NCBI RefSeq assembly: GCF_031581025.1
Contig: NZ_JAVLCA010000009.1
Length of the DNA: 64,000 nucleotides
Strand: one strand, 5' to 3'
From: Salibaculum sp.
GTDB lineage: Bacteria > Pseudomonadota > Alphaproteobacteria > Rhodobacterales > Rhodobacteraceae
Below the pieces are notes generated by a model. That model did no database searches and was not told the origin of the DNA. It was given only the letters and a program-made list of their open reading frames with translations. Shown piece after piece: positions 10,105 through 19,069 of the stretch; the stretch's first letter is position 1; every line of letters begins with the position of its first letter. Position numbers and translations under genes: made by a program.

Positions 10105-10830
10105 ATGAGGGCACGATGGGCGATTCTGGTGGCGGGGCTGCTGTTGGCGGGCTGCACCATGCCGCCCCTTGCCACGCCCCCCGCACAAAGCCCCGGACCG
10201 GACGGTGTGGCCGCGCCCGCGCCGCAGGAGTTCGACATCCCGCGCACGCCGCGGGCGATCCAGCGCGCCTTCGTCGAGGTGGTCGACCAGGTGGAACCGG
10301 TGGCCGAAGCCGAGTGCCGCCGCATCGATCCGCGGCGCAACTGCGACTTCCTGATCGTGGTGGACGATCGTCCCGAGGTGCCCGCCAATGCCTTTCAGAC
10401 GCTGGACGAAGACGGGCGCCCGGTGATCGGGTTCACGATCGCGCTGATCGCTGATGCCCGCAACCGCGATGAACTGGCCTTCGTGATGGCCCACGAGGCC
10501 GCGCACCACATCGCCGGCCATATCCCCCGCCAGCAGCGCAACGCGACTCTGGGGGCGCTGGTCTTCGGTCACCTGGCCGGCGCGACAGGCGGCAACGTCG
10601 CCGCGGCGCAGGATCTGGGCGCCGCATTGGCCGCGCGCAGCTATTCCAAGGAGTTCGAGCTGGAGGCCGACCGCCGTGGAGCGACTGTTGCAGCCAGGGC
10701 CGGGTTCAACCCGCTGCGCGGGGCGGATTTCTTCTTTCGCATCCCCGACCCGGGCGACCGCTTTCTGGGCACGCACCCGGCGAACGAGGACCGGCGCGCG
10801 GCCGTGCGCGCGGCTGTCGCCAACCTTTAG
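10105..10830 (+). CDS. M48 family zinc metallopeptidase, lipoprotein
   Basis: Lipobox LLAGC, PNAF, AHEAAH (HEXXH), ELEAD, THP; GGAGG RBS. Confidence 0.9.
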   Translation: MRARWAILVAGLLLAGCTMPPLATPPAQSPGPDGVAAPAPQEFDIPRTPRAIQRAFVEVVDQVEPVAEAECRRIDPRRNCDFLIVVDDRPEVPANAFQTLDEDGRPVIGFTIALIADARNRDELAFVMAHEAAHHIAGHIPRQQRNATLGALVFGHLAGATGGNVAAAQDLGAALAARSYSKEFELEADRRGATVAARAGFNPLRGADFFFRIPDPGDRFLGTHPANEDRRAAVRAAVANL

Positions 10831-11471
10831 CCCGGCAGGCTGAAGGCCCCAAGTGAAACGGCAATGAAAAAACAGGCCGAAGCCGCAAGCACGTGCCCAT
10901 GCCAGATCGCGTGGGCAAAGCGCAGATCGGCCCAGTAGAAAAGTCCCACCCCGACCGAATAGGTGATCCCGCCCGCCAGGATCAGCACCGAGGCCGCCAC
11001 GGGCAGCAATTGCACCAACGGCCAGGCCAGCAACAGACTCATCCAACCCAGAACCAGGTACATGACCGCCGCCCACTTGCCCAGCCGCTTGCGCAGGGCC
11101 AACTTGACCACCGCGCCGATGCTGGCCAGCGCCCAAACCAGCGTCAGCACACCATGGGCAAACCCCGTGCCGATGAAGATCGCGAACGGGGTATAGGTGC
11201 CCGCGATCTTGACGTAGATCGCGGCCTGGTCGATGCGCCGCAGGGTGTCGCGCAGCGCCTCCCAGGGGGCCAGGTGATAGCAGGCGGATATCACGAAAGA
11301 GGCGCTCAGCGCCCCGCCGTACACCGCCAGTGCCGCCCGCGTGTCGGCGTCGACACGGCCGCCGGAAAAGACCAGCAGCAGAACGGTGCCCGTCACGGCC
11401 AGGCCAATGCCCAGGACATGCAGGGTGGCGTCGGCGATCACCTCGGCGCGGGTGGTGGCACGATCTGTCAT
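10827..11471 (-). CDS. hemolysin III / PAQR family membrane protein
   Basis: E.IAD..LH, S.CYH, D.AAIY..IAGTYTP, Y..LGW, GG..YS.G, HAIWH. Confidence 0.9.
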   Translation of the reverse strand: MTDRATTRAEVIADATLHVLGIGLAVTGTVLLLVFSGGRVDADTRAALAVYGGALSASFVISACYHLAPWEALRDTLRRIDQAAIYVKIAGTYTPFAIFIGTGFAHGVLTLVWALASIGAVVKLALRKRLGKWAAVMYLVLGWMSLLLAWPLVQLLPVAASVLILAGGITYSVGVGLFYWADLRFAHAIWHGHVLAASACFFIAVSLGAFSLPG

Positions 11472-11662
11472 GGATTCAATTTAACGCACCAGCCGCGGCT
11501 GTCACAGGGGACGTGGCGTCAGGCGACGGAGACGCGCCCGTAATGCCAACTGCCCAGGGGTCGTTATCGGCAGGCACTCGTGCCTGTGTACCACCCCGGG
11601 GCTGACCGGGGGCTGCGACATGCCGCCTTGATATGGGGCAAGGCCTGTGCTTGGTCCGTCCC

Positions 11663-12010
11663 ATGCGGATCATCGAGAATGTCATCAGCGACCGAGGGTC
11701 GAAATACGCGGTCTCGGGCGGGCCTGTCGCCTCGGCAGAAGAGGCCAAGGCCTTCATCAAGGCCCTGTGCCGGAAAAAGAAGTTCGCCAAGGCGACGCAT
11801 AACACCTGGGCCGTGCTGCTGCCGGGGGGGGCGCTCAAGAACGACGACGGCGAGGCGGGCGCGGGCCTGGTCATCCTGCGGATGCTGGAGCGCGAAGGGA
11901 TCGAGGGGCACCTCGTCTGCGTCACCCGCTGGTTCGGCGGCAAGCACCTGGGCGGAGACCGGTTCCGCCATGTGCAAGAGGCGGTGCGGGTTTACCTGTC
12001 GCCGGACTGA
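11663..12010 (+). CDS. YigZ/IMPACT family protein (N-terminal domain only)
   Basis: DRGSKY, ATHNTWA, DDGE.GAG, VTRWFGG..LG..RF. Confidence 0.88.
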   Translation: MRIIENVISDRGSKYAVSGGPVASAEEAKAFIKALCRKKKFAKATHNTWAVLLPGGALKNDDGEAGAGLVILRMLEREGIEGHLVCVTRWFGGKHLGGDRFRHVQEAVRVYLSPD

Positions 12011-12363
12011 GCCGCGCGACGTTGGCGACGGCGGTGCAGCGCATAGAGCGCCGGGGCCGCAACATGGCGATAGCCCCGGTCGGCCAGCCAATGAACCCCG
12101 GCCAGCCCTGTCAACCGGGCCAGCCAGCGCCAGCCGGGCAGCCGCGCCCAGAGCAGGCGAAAGGCATCCAGCCCTTCATGGACCCGGCCGCCCTGTTCGA
12201 CGCGGAATGTCCGCGCGGCGGCGTCCCGGTCCAGCCCCCAGTCGGGGGCGGCGTCCAGACCGTCGATTTCCAGCGCCACACCGGCCCGCCCGGCCTGCCG
12301 CGCATAACCCGCAACCTCGCGCGAACAGATCGGACAGGTGTCATTGTGGAGAATCTTGGTCAT
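11992..12363 (-). CDS. DCC1-like thiol-disulfide oxidoreductase (DUF393)
   Basis: ND.CPIC.RE N-terminal DxxCxxC motif, GLDAF..LW..LP. Confidence 0.85.
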   Translation of the reverse strand: MTKILHNDTCPICSREVAGYARQAGRAGVALEIDGLDAAPDWGLDRDAAARTFRVEQGGRVHEGLDAFRLLWARLPGWRWLARLTGLAGVHWLADRGYRHVAAPALYALHRRRQRRAAQSGDR

Positions 12364-12371
12364 TTTTTTAA

Positions 12372-12399
12372 ACCTAGAGGGATGTATCAGTACGACAAG
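12372..12399 (-). promoter_or_regulatory. candidate RpoH(II)-type promoter of the DUF393 gene
   Basis: Minus strand CTTG-N18-CTAGGT, 8 nt upstream of the ATG; no SD present. Confidence 0.4.
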
Positions 12400-12448
12400 G
12401 ACGCGCAACCGGCCCCATCGGCCGCGTTCGCAGGCAAATGCCCTTCGA

Positions 12449-13831
12449 TCATGTGCGTGTCGCCAAGCACCCCCACAGATCATACTCCCCCGCCTCGTCC
12501 ACCTCGACAAAGACGATGTCGCCCACCGACAGGCCCTCGGTGCCTTCGTCGATGAAAAGGTTGCCGTCGATCTCGGGCGCGTCGGCCTTGGTGCGGCAGG
12601 TGGCGATGCCGTCCTCGTCGATGTCGTCGACGATCACCTCCATGGTCCGGCCCACTTTCGCCGCCAGCTTGGCCTCGGAAATGGCCTGGGCCTTTTCCAT
12701 GAACCGATCCCAGCGGTCCTGTTTGACGGCCTCGGGCACATGGTCGGACAGCGCGTTGCTGCGGGCGCCTTCGACGTTTTCGTATTTGAAGCAGCCGACG
12801 CGATCGAGCTGCGCCTCGTCCATCCAGTCGAGCAGATGCTGGAACTCGTCCTCGGTCTCGCCCGGATAGCCGACGATGAAGGTGGACCGCAGGGTGATCT
12901 CGGGGCGGAGGCTGCGCCATTCGGCGATGCGGTCGAGGGTGCGTTCGGCATGGGCGGGCCGGGCCATGCGGCGCAGGGTGTCCGGGTGGGCGTGCTGGAA
13001 CGGAATGTCCAGGTAGGGCAGCACCAACCCCTCGGCCATGAGCGGGATCAGCTCGCGCACATGCGGGTAGGGATAGACGTAGTGCAGCCGGACCCAGGCG
13101 CCCAGTTGCCCCAGATCGCGGGCCAGCCGGGTGATGGGCTGCTCTGCGCCTGCCCGGTCCTCGCGGGACCAGTCGGTGCCATAGGCCGAGGTGTCCTGGC
13201 TGATGACCAGCAGTTCCCGCACGCCGTTTTCGACCAGCTTTTCCGCCTCGCGCAGGACCGCCCGGTGCGGGCGGCTGGCCAGTTTGCCGCGCATGTCGGG
13301 GATGATGCAGAACTTGCACTTGTGGTTACAGCCCTCGGAGATCTTGAGATAGCTGTAGTGGCGCGGCGTCAGGCTGACCCCGCTGGCGGGCAGCAGGTCC
13401 ACGAAAGGGTCCGGATCGGGCGGCACGGCGGCATGGACGGCATCGAGCACCTGTTCGTATTGGTGCGGGCCGGTGACCGCCAGGACAGTCGGATGTGCGC
13501 CGGTGATATAGGCAGGCTCGGAACCCAGGCAGCCGGTAACGATCACCCGGCCGTTTTCCGCCAGCGCCTCGCCGATGGCATCCAGGCTTTCGGCCTTGGC
13601 GCTGTCGAGAAAGCCGCAGGTGTTCACTACGACGGCATCGGCGCCGGCGTAGTCGGAGGAGATGGCATAGCCCTCGGCCCGCAGCCGCGTCAGGATGCGT
13701 TCGCTGTCCACCAGAGCCTTGGGGCAGCCCAGCGAGACCATGCCAATGGTCGGCTGTCCGGGGCGGGCAGGTTCGGTGAGACGGGCACGGGGGGCGAGAT
13801 CGGGGCGCAGGTCGGGCGGGTTCTGGGACAT
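12449..13831 (-). CDS. rimO: ribosomal protein S12 methylthiotransferase
   Basis: [34 protein letters not shown] (radical SAM CxxxCxxC), C-terminal TRAM domain (DAPEIDG, EYDLWG). Confidence 0.97.
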   Translation of the reverse strand: MSQNPPDLRPDLAPRARLTEPARPGQPTIGMVSLGCPKALVDSERILTRLRAEGYAISSDYAGADAVVVNTCGFLDSAKAESLDAIGEALAENGRVIVTGCLGSEPAYITGAHPTVLAVTGPHQYEQVLDAVHAAVPPDPDPFVDLLPASGVSLTPRHYSYLKISEGCNHKCKFCIIPDMRGKLASRPHRAVLREAEKLVENGVRELLVISQDTSAYGTDWSREDRAGAEQPITRLARDLGQLGAWVRLHYVYPYPHVRELIPLMAEGLVLPYLDIPFQHAHPDTLRRMARPAHAERTLDRIAEWRSLRPEITLRSTFIVGYPGETEDEFQHLLDWMDEAQLDRVGCFKYENVEGARSNALSDHVPEAVKQDRWDRFMEKAQAISEAKLAAKVGRTMEVIVDDIDEDGIATCRTKADAPEIDGNLFIDEGTEGLSVGDIVFVEVDEAGEYDLWGCLATRT

Positions 13832-13966
13832 GGGGCCTGCCATAGCCTGCCCTGCCCCGCGCGGGAAGGGGGATCGGGCACCGGTCATGGTCCTTTCGCA
13901 GCGCCGGACTATCTCGCCACGCACAGGCGGCGGCCCCGCGCCGCCCCCAGGACAGGAGAACCGAAC

Positions 13967-14488
13967 ATGCCCCGTCTTATCCTCACCCTCGCCGCCGCGC
14001 TTGTCGCCCTTGCGGCGCCCGTGCTTGCCGCCGAGCCGGATCGCATGGTCTTTTCATCCATCGACGGCGGCACGCTGCGGATTGATGGGCCGGCGCTAGT
14101 GACGAACACCGCCTCGCTGTGCGCCTACACGCCACAGTTCGATGATCTGCAAACCCTGCACGAGGACTATGCCAAGGCCGGTCTCACGGTGCTGGCTGTC
14201 CCGTCCGAGGACTTTCGCCAAGAGCTGGACAGCGAGGACGCTGTCAAGGACTTCTGCGATGTCAATTTCGACCTGACCTTGCCGATGACGGTGATCACGC
14301 CGGTGACCGGCGCCCAGGCGCATCCCTTCTATCGCTGGCTGGCGCAGGACCATGGCATCGCACCGCGCTGGAACTTTCACAAGGTTCTGATCGGGGCCGA
14401 GGGCGAAGTGCTGGGCCAGTGGGGATCACCCGTTTCTCCGACCGCGCCGGCCATCACCCGCGCCGTCGAGGCCGCCCTTGGCGACTGA
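13967..14488 (+). CDS. glutathione peroxidase family protein with signal peptide
   Basis: [11 protein letters not shown] (Cys), VPSEDF.QE, PRWNFHK.LIG; hydrophobic leader ending AVLA-like (PVLA); AGGAG RBS. Confidence 0.9.
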   Translation: MPRLILTLAAALVALAAPVLAAEPDRMVFSSIDGGTLRIDGPALVTNTASLCAYTPQFDDLQTLHEDYAKAGLTVLAVPSEDFRQELDSEDAVKDFCDVNFDLTLPMTVITPVTGAQAHPFYRWLAQDHGIAPRWNFHKVLIGAEGEVLGQWGSPVSPTAPAITRAVEAALGD

Positions 14489-15608
14489 CGCCCGGCCGCT
14501 TTTCCTCGGCTCGGAGATCTACCGCGGGTCGAGCTATGGGCCATGGCACCCGCTGCGCATCCCGCGGGTCTCGACGGTGATCGACCTCGCCCGGGCGCTG
14601 GACTGGCTGGGGCCGGATCAATACCGTTCCAGCCCGCGCGCCAAACCCGCCGCGCTGACGGGGTTCCACACGCCCCGCTATGTCGAGGCGCTGCACCGGG
14701 CCGAGCGGGACCAGCAGGTGCCCGAGGCGATCCGCGCCCGGCACAATATCGGCACGCCCTCCAACCCGGTCTTTCCCGAGATGTATTCGCGCCCGGCCAC
14801 GGCCGCCGGGGCCTCGCTTCTGGCAGGAGAGATGCTGGCCCGCGGCGGCGTGGTGCATTCCCCCGCCGGGGGCACGCATCACGGCCTGCCCGACCGGGCC
14901 AGCGGGTTCTGTTACCTCAACGATGCGGTGCTGGCGGTCCAGGCGCTGCGCCGCAATGGCGCGCGGCGGGTCGCCTATGTCGACATCGACGCGCATCACG
15001 CCGACGGGGTGGAACATGCCTTCGCGACAGAACCCGAGGTGCTCGTGATCTCGACCCACGAAGAGGGGCGCTGGCCGCGCACCGGCGGGCTGGACGACCG
15101 CGGGGTCGGGCAGGTCTTCAACCTGCCGGTGCCGCGCGGGCTGAACGATAGCGAGATGGCGCTGATCCGCGATGCACTGATCCTGCCACAGGTCGCGGCC
15201 CACCGGCCCGACGCGGTGGTGCTGCAATGCGGGGCCGATGCCGTGCTGGAGGACCCGCAGTCGCGGCTGGCCTTGTCCAATGGGGCGCATTGGGCGGTCT
15301 TGCGGGCGCTGAAGCCCATCGCCCCACGCCTGCTGGTGCTGGGCGGAGGCGGCTACAATCCCTGGACAACGGCAAGGCTCTGGGTCGGGAATTGGGCGGT
15401 TGTGAACGGGCGCGAGATACCCGACTGCCTGCCCGAGGCGGCGCAGGCGGTGCTGCGCGGCTTGCACTGGACCCGCACGGGATCGAACCGCGAAATCCGG
15501 CCCGAACCGCATTGGATCACCACATTGGCCGATGCCCCGCGCGAGGGGCCGATCCGGCCCGAGATACGCGACCGGATCGGTGTGCTTGCGGGCCGCCGCG
15601 CCGCCTGA
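14478..15608 (+). CDS. acuC: AcuC-like Zn-dependent (histone-deacetylase family) deacetylase
   Basis: GGTHHG, SGFCYLND, YVDIDAHHADG, QCGAD, GGGGY; TTG start is uncertain. Confidence 0.85.
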   Translation: MATDARPLFLGSEIYRGSSYGPWHPLRIPRVSTVIDLARALDWLGPDQYRSSPRAKPAALTGFHTPRYVEALHRAERDQQVPEAIRARHNIGTPSNPVFPEMYSRPATAAGASLLAGEMLARGGVVHSPAGGTHHGLPDRASGFCYLNDAVLAVQALRRNGARRVAYVDIDAHHADGVEHAFATEPEVLVISTHEEGRWPRTGGLDDRGVGQVFNLPVPRGLNDSEMALIRDALILPQVAAHRPDAVVLQCGADAVLEDPQSRLALSNGAHWAVLRALKPIAPRLLVLGGGGYNPWTTARLWVGNWAVVNGREIPDCLPEAAQAVLRGLHWTRTGSNREIRPEPHWITTLADAPREGPIRPEIRDRIGVLAGRRAA

Positions 15609-15641
15609 GCGGGCGGCGACCCTGTTGGATCAGACCTGCGA

Positions 15642-17297
15642 TCAGGCCGCCAGGCCCAGTTTGTAGACGTGGATCTCGAAGGTCGGATGCTGCTCGGCCC
15701 CCACGACATCCGACTTCGCGTGCCGGTAGGTCGAGCGCCAGTAGGGCTGAATGACCACACCCTCGTCCTGCATGATCCGCTGCATCTTTTCCGACAGGGC
15801 GCGGCGCGTGTCGGCATCGGCCACGGACAGCGCCTCGGCCAGGGCCGCGTCGAACTCGGGGTTGGAAAAGCCCGCCTCGTTCCAGGGCTCGCCCGAACGA
15901 TATGCGAGGGCGAGCACCTGCACGCCAAGGGGACGCTGTGCCCAGTCCGTCGCCGAGAAGGGATAATCCGTCCAGGCGTTCCAGAAGGTCGCGCCGGGGA
16001 TCACGGTGCGTTTTACCGGGATGCCCGCGTCGCGCAGCTGGGCGGCGGCGGCATCGCAGGTGGCGCGCCGCCAGTTGTCCTCGATCGAGATCAGTTCGTG
16101 CTCGTAATCCGCCATGCCCGCCTCGGCCATCAGGGCGGCGGCGCCCTCGGGGTCGTGTTCCGGGGCCGGAATCTCGGCATATTCGGGGTGGATCGGGCAG
16201 ACGTGGTGGTTCTCGGCCACGCGGCCGCGCCCGTCATAGCCGAGGCTGAGCAGCACGTCGTTGGATACCGCCATGGCCAGCGCGCGCCGCACCCGGGCGT
16301 CGGCATAGGGCCGCTCGCCGTCCACTTCGGCCTTCTGGTTGGGCCGGATGACCACCGTGTTCGCGGTCACCGCCTCGGACTTCGTCCAGCCGAGGGTGTC
16401 CATCAGATCAACAAACTCACCCAGCGATTCGTAAACCATGTCCACCTCGTCCGACTGGGCGGCCGCGAAATGCGAGGCCTGGTCGGTGCCGAAATCGACA
16501 TATTCAATCCGGTCCAGGTAGGGGCCGCCAAAGACCTCCGTGCCCCACCAATCGTGATCGGTGTTTCGCACCAGGGCCGAGCGCACGCCGACCTGCAAGT
16601 CCTCGGGCAGGTAGGGACCGGTGCCCTTGGGGCTGTCCAGCGGATCGCCCGCGAAATCCTGCGGCACGATGGCCGCCGGGTAATCCGAGAAGCCCGCGAT
16701 CAGGGTAATGTCGGGCGACGACAGGTTGAGCGTGACGGTCAGATCGTCGGTAACCTCGATCGCGCCTTCGCGGGCCAACCCGGTGTCGGGGTCGATCAGC
16801 GGCGTCATGCGCGAGGCCATGGAGTTGCCCTCGACATCCTTTTCGCACCAGCGGGTGATGTTGTGAGCCACGTCGGCGGCGGTGAAATCACTCCCGTCGT
16901 TCCAGGTCACGCCCGGCCGGACGCGCAGGGTGTAGACGGTGGCGTCAGCGTTGACCTCCCAGTCTTCCAGAAGCATCGGCGTGATCGACCCGTCGCGCTG
17001 GTATTCGACCAGGTATTCCAGCCAACCGCGCGAGAAGTTTGACATCTGCGGCCAGTCATAGGTGCGCGGATCCTTGAGCGCGCGCACATCGGACTGGATG
17101 CGCAGGGTGCCGCCCTGCTGCACATGGGCTTCGGCGCGCGCAGAACTCGGCGCGGCCAGGCCAATCAGCCCGTAGGCGGCCCCGGCGGACACCCCCAGCG
17201 AGGTGGCACGGGTCAGGAATTCGCGCCGCGAAAGCTTGCCGGCGCGGTGGTCGGCGGCAAGATCGCGGGTGGCGGGATGGGGGGTATGTGTATCCAT
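15642..17297 (-). CDS. ABC transporter substrate-binding protein family 5 (peptide/nickel), Tat-exported
   Basis: SRREFL twin-arginine motif, PMLLEDWEVN..ATVYTLRVRPGVTWNDG.DFTA.DV, GTGPY, DARVRRALAMA. Confidence 0.9.
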   Translation of the reverse strand: MDTHTPHPATRDLAADHRAGKLSRREFLTRATSLGVSAGAAYGLIGLAAPSSARAEAHVQQGGTLRIQSDVRALKDPRTYDWPQMSNFSRGWLEYLVEYQRDGSITPMLLEDWEVNADATVYTLRVRPGVTWNDGSDFTAADVAHNITRWCEKDVEGNSMASRMTPLIDPDTGLAREGAIEVTDDLTVTLNLSSPDITLIAGFSDYPAAIVPQDFAGDPLDSPKGTGPYLPEDLQVGVRSALVRNTDHDWWGTEVFGGPYLDRIEYVDFGTDQASHFAAAQSDEVDMVYESLGEFVDLMDTLGWTKSEAVTANTVVIRPNQKAEVDGERPYADARVRRALAMAVSNDVLLSLGYDGRGRVAENHHVCPIHPEYAEIPAPEHDPEGAAALMAEAGMADYEHELISIEDNWRRATCDAAAAQLRDAGIPVKRTVIPGATFWNAWTDYPFSATDWAQRPLGVQVLALAYRSGEPWNEAGFSNPEFDAALAEALSVADADTRRALSEKMQRIMQDEGVVIQPYWRSTYRHAKSDVVGAEQHPTFEIHVYKLGLAA

Positions 17298-17481
17298 GAC
17301 GGTTCCGATTTTGTGGAAGTTCTGAGGGAGGGTGCGCGCCGCCCGGCGACGGGTTTGGCGCGACGATGAATTTGCCGTTGGCACGCAACGGACGGCGCAG
17401 CTCACCCGCACCTTGCGACAATGATAGGTGACAGTGCCCGGGAGCCAAGGAAAAACTGCTCCGCGGGAAGACCGGGGCGCA

Positions 17482-17763
17482 CTACGGTTGTCGGGTATCG
17501 CCCATGCGGTCGGCCCAGTCGTAATCGCTGACCGAGATCGCGCCCGACCAGATCACCCCGGCCAGAAGCGCCCAGATCAGGAGCGCCCAGATACTCGTGA
17601 TCTTGGCCTTGCGCTTGATCCCGGGATCGGACGGGGCACTCTTGTGGGTGCCGGGCACGACCTCGCCAGCCTCTCCCTGAGTGGTCAGGCGCAGCGGCAG
17701 CACCACGAAAAAGACCATGAACCAGACGATGGCCAGCAGCACGAGGGACGATGTGATGCCCAT
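17482..17763 (-). CDS. DUF1467 family membrane protein
   Basis: MGITSSLVLLAIVWFMVFFVVLP..., PGT..SAP; 1-nt overlap with mce stop. Confidence 0.85.
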   Translation of the reverse strand: MGITSSLVLLAIVWFMVFFVVLPLRLTTQGEAGEVVPGTHKSAPSDPGIKRKAKITSIWALLIWALLAGVIWSGAISVSDYDWADRMGDTRQP

Positions 17764-18167
17764 CAGACCTGTTCCAGTTCGGTCAGGGTGCCGTGCATGT
17801 CCTTGGGATGCAGGAACAGAACCGGCTTGCCGTGGGCGCCGGTTTTCGGCTCGCCGTCCCCGAGCACCCGCAGGCCCGCCTCTTTCAGCGTGTCGCGCGC
17901 GGCGACGATATCCTCGACCTCGTAGCAGACGTGATGGATGCCGCCCGCGGGATTCTTTTCGAGAAATCCGGCGATGGGGCTGTCGTCGCCCAGCGGATGC
18001 AGAAGCTCGATCTTTGTATTGGGCAGTTCGATGAAAACCACCGTGACGCCGTGGTCGGGTTCGTCCTGTGGCGCGCCCACCGTGGCACCCAATGCATCGC
18101 GGTAGTGCGCCGCCGCGGCCTCGAGGTCGGGCACGGCAATGGCCACATGGTTCAAGCGTCCGATCAT
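17763..18167 (-). CDS. mce: methylmalonyl-CoA epimerase
   Basis: LNHVAIAVPDL, HGVTVVF, TKIELL.PL, GGIHHVCYEV, GAHGKPVLFLHPKD. Confidence 0.95.
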   Translation of the reverse strand: MIGRLNHVAIAVPDLEAAAAHYRDALGATVGAPQDEPDHGVTVVFIELPNTKIELLHPLGDDSPIAGFLEKNPAGGIHHVCYEVEDIVAARDTLKEAGLRVLGDGEPKTGAHGKPVLFLHPKDMHGTLTELEQV

Positions 18168-18263
18168 CTGCGTCTCCTGTAAGGCGGTTCATAGTATGCG
18201 CCAGCGCCGGATCCGGGGCAATCCGTTCATCGGGCCCGCGCCCGCGCTTCAACGTCGCGGGCG

Positions 18264-18279
18264 TTAACCGAGCGTTCAC
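18264..18279 (+). promoter_or_regulatory. CtrA-like box
   Basis: TTAA-CCGAGCG-TTCAC, one mismatch to TTAA-N7-TTAAC, between divergent mce and the response regulator. Confidence 0.45.
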
Positions 18280-18333
18280 CAAGCTGAGTCCCAATGAGGC
18301 TCACCACAGCCACAGCCTCCGGGGGATCGCCGC

Positions 18334-19050
18334 ATGGACAGCCTCGACGACATTGTTCCCAACCGCGCGCCGACGGCGAAACGCCCGCTTCTGGGCCTGA
18401 CCGTTCTGGCGGTCGAGGACAGCCGCTTCGCCTCGGAGGCGCTCCGCCTGATTTGCCTGCGGTCGGGGGCCCGCATCCGGCGCGCCGATACCCTGCACCA
18501 CGCGCGGCGCCACCTGCGGGTTTACCGGCCCTCGGTGGTGCTGGTGGACATGGGGCTGCCCGATGGCTCGGGCGCAGGATTGATCGCCGCCCTGGGGCGG
18601 GCCAGCCCGCGCGTGGACGTTCTGCTGGGAATGAGCGGCGATTCCGATACCCACGACGCCGCGCTCAAGGCCGGTGCGGACGGGTTTCTGGCCAAGCCCA
18701 TCGCCACGCTGGGCCAGTTCCAGTCGGTGATCCTCGAACACCTGTCCGAGGAACGGCGGCCGACCGGCCTGTGCGTGCTGGCCGATGACCGGGTCGAACC
18801 CGACGGGATCGCCCTGCGCGACGATCTGGCCGCGGCCGCCGATGCCCTCTCGGGGGCGACCGACAGGCGCCGGTTGCGCTACCTGGCGCAGTTCTTGGGC
18901 GGCGTGGCGCGCAGTGCCGCCGACACCCCGTTGTCCGAGGCCGTCGATTGCCTGGAGGATCTGCTGACCACCGGCCAGTCCACAGCGCACCAGCGCGACC
19001 GGGTCGCCGCCATGGTGCAGGACCGCCTGGACCGGGTGCAGGTGATCTGA
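18334..19050 (+). CDS. orphan response regulator (REC domain + helical C-terminal extension)
   Basis: VEDS acidic pocket, VDMGLPDG phospho-acceptor, MSG, FLAKP; about 100-aa C-terminal tail with no recognisable DNA-binding domain. Confidence 0.88.
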   Translation: MDSLDDIVPNRAPTAKRPLLGLTVLAVEDSRFASEALRLICLRSGARIRRADTLHHARRHLRVYRPSVVLVDMGLPDGSGAGLIAALGRASPRVDVLLGMSGDSDTHDAALKAGADGFLAKPIATLGQFQSVILEHLSEERRPTGLCVLADDRVEPDGIALRDDLAAAADALSGATDRRRLRYLAQFLGGVARSAADTPLSEAVDCLEDLLTTGQSTAHQRDRVAAMVQDRLDRVQVI

Positions 19051-19069
19051 TGGCAGGCAGGGCTGGACG

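Noticed and set aside
11472-11662. Hairpin-rich intergenic region as a possible riboswitch
   Set aside because: No TPP, cobalamin, FMN, glycine or SAM core motifs recognisable; short GC hairpins are expected by chance.
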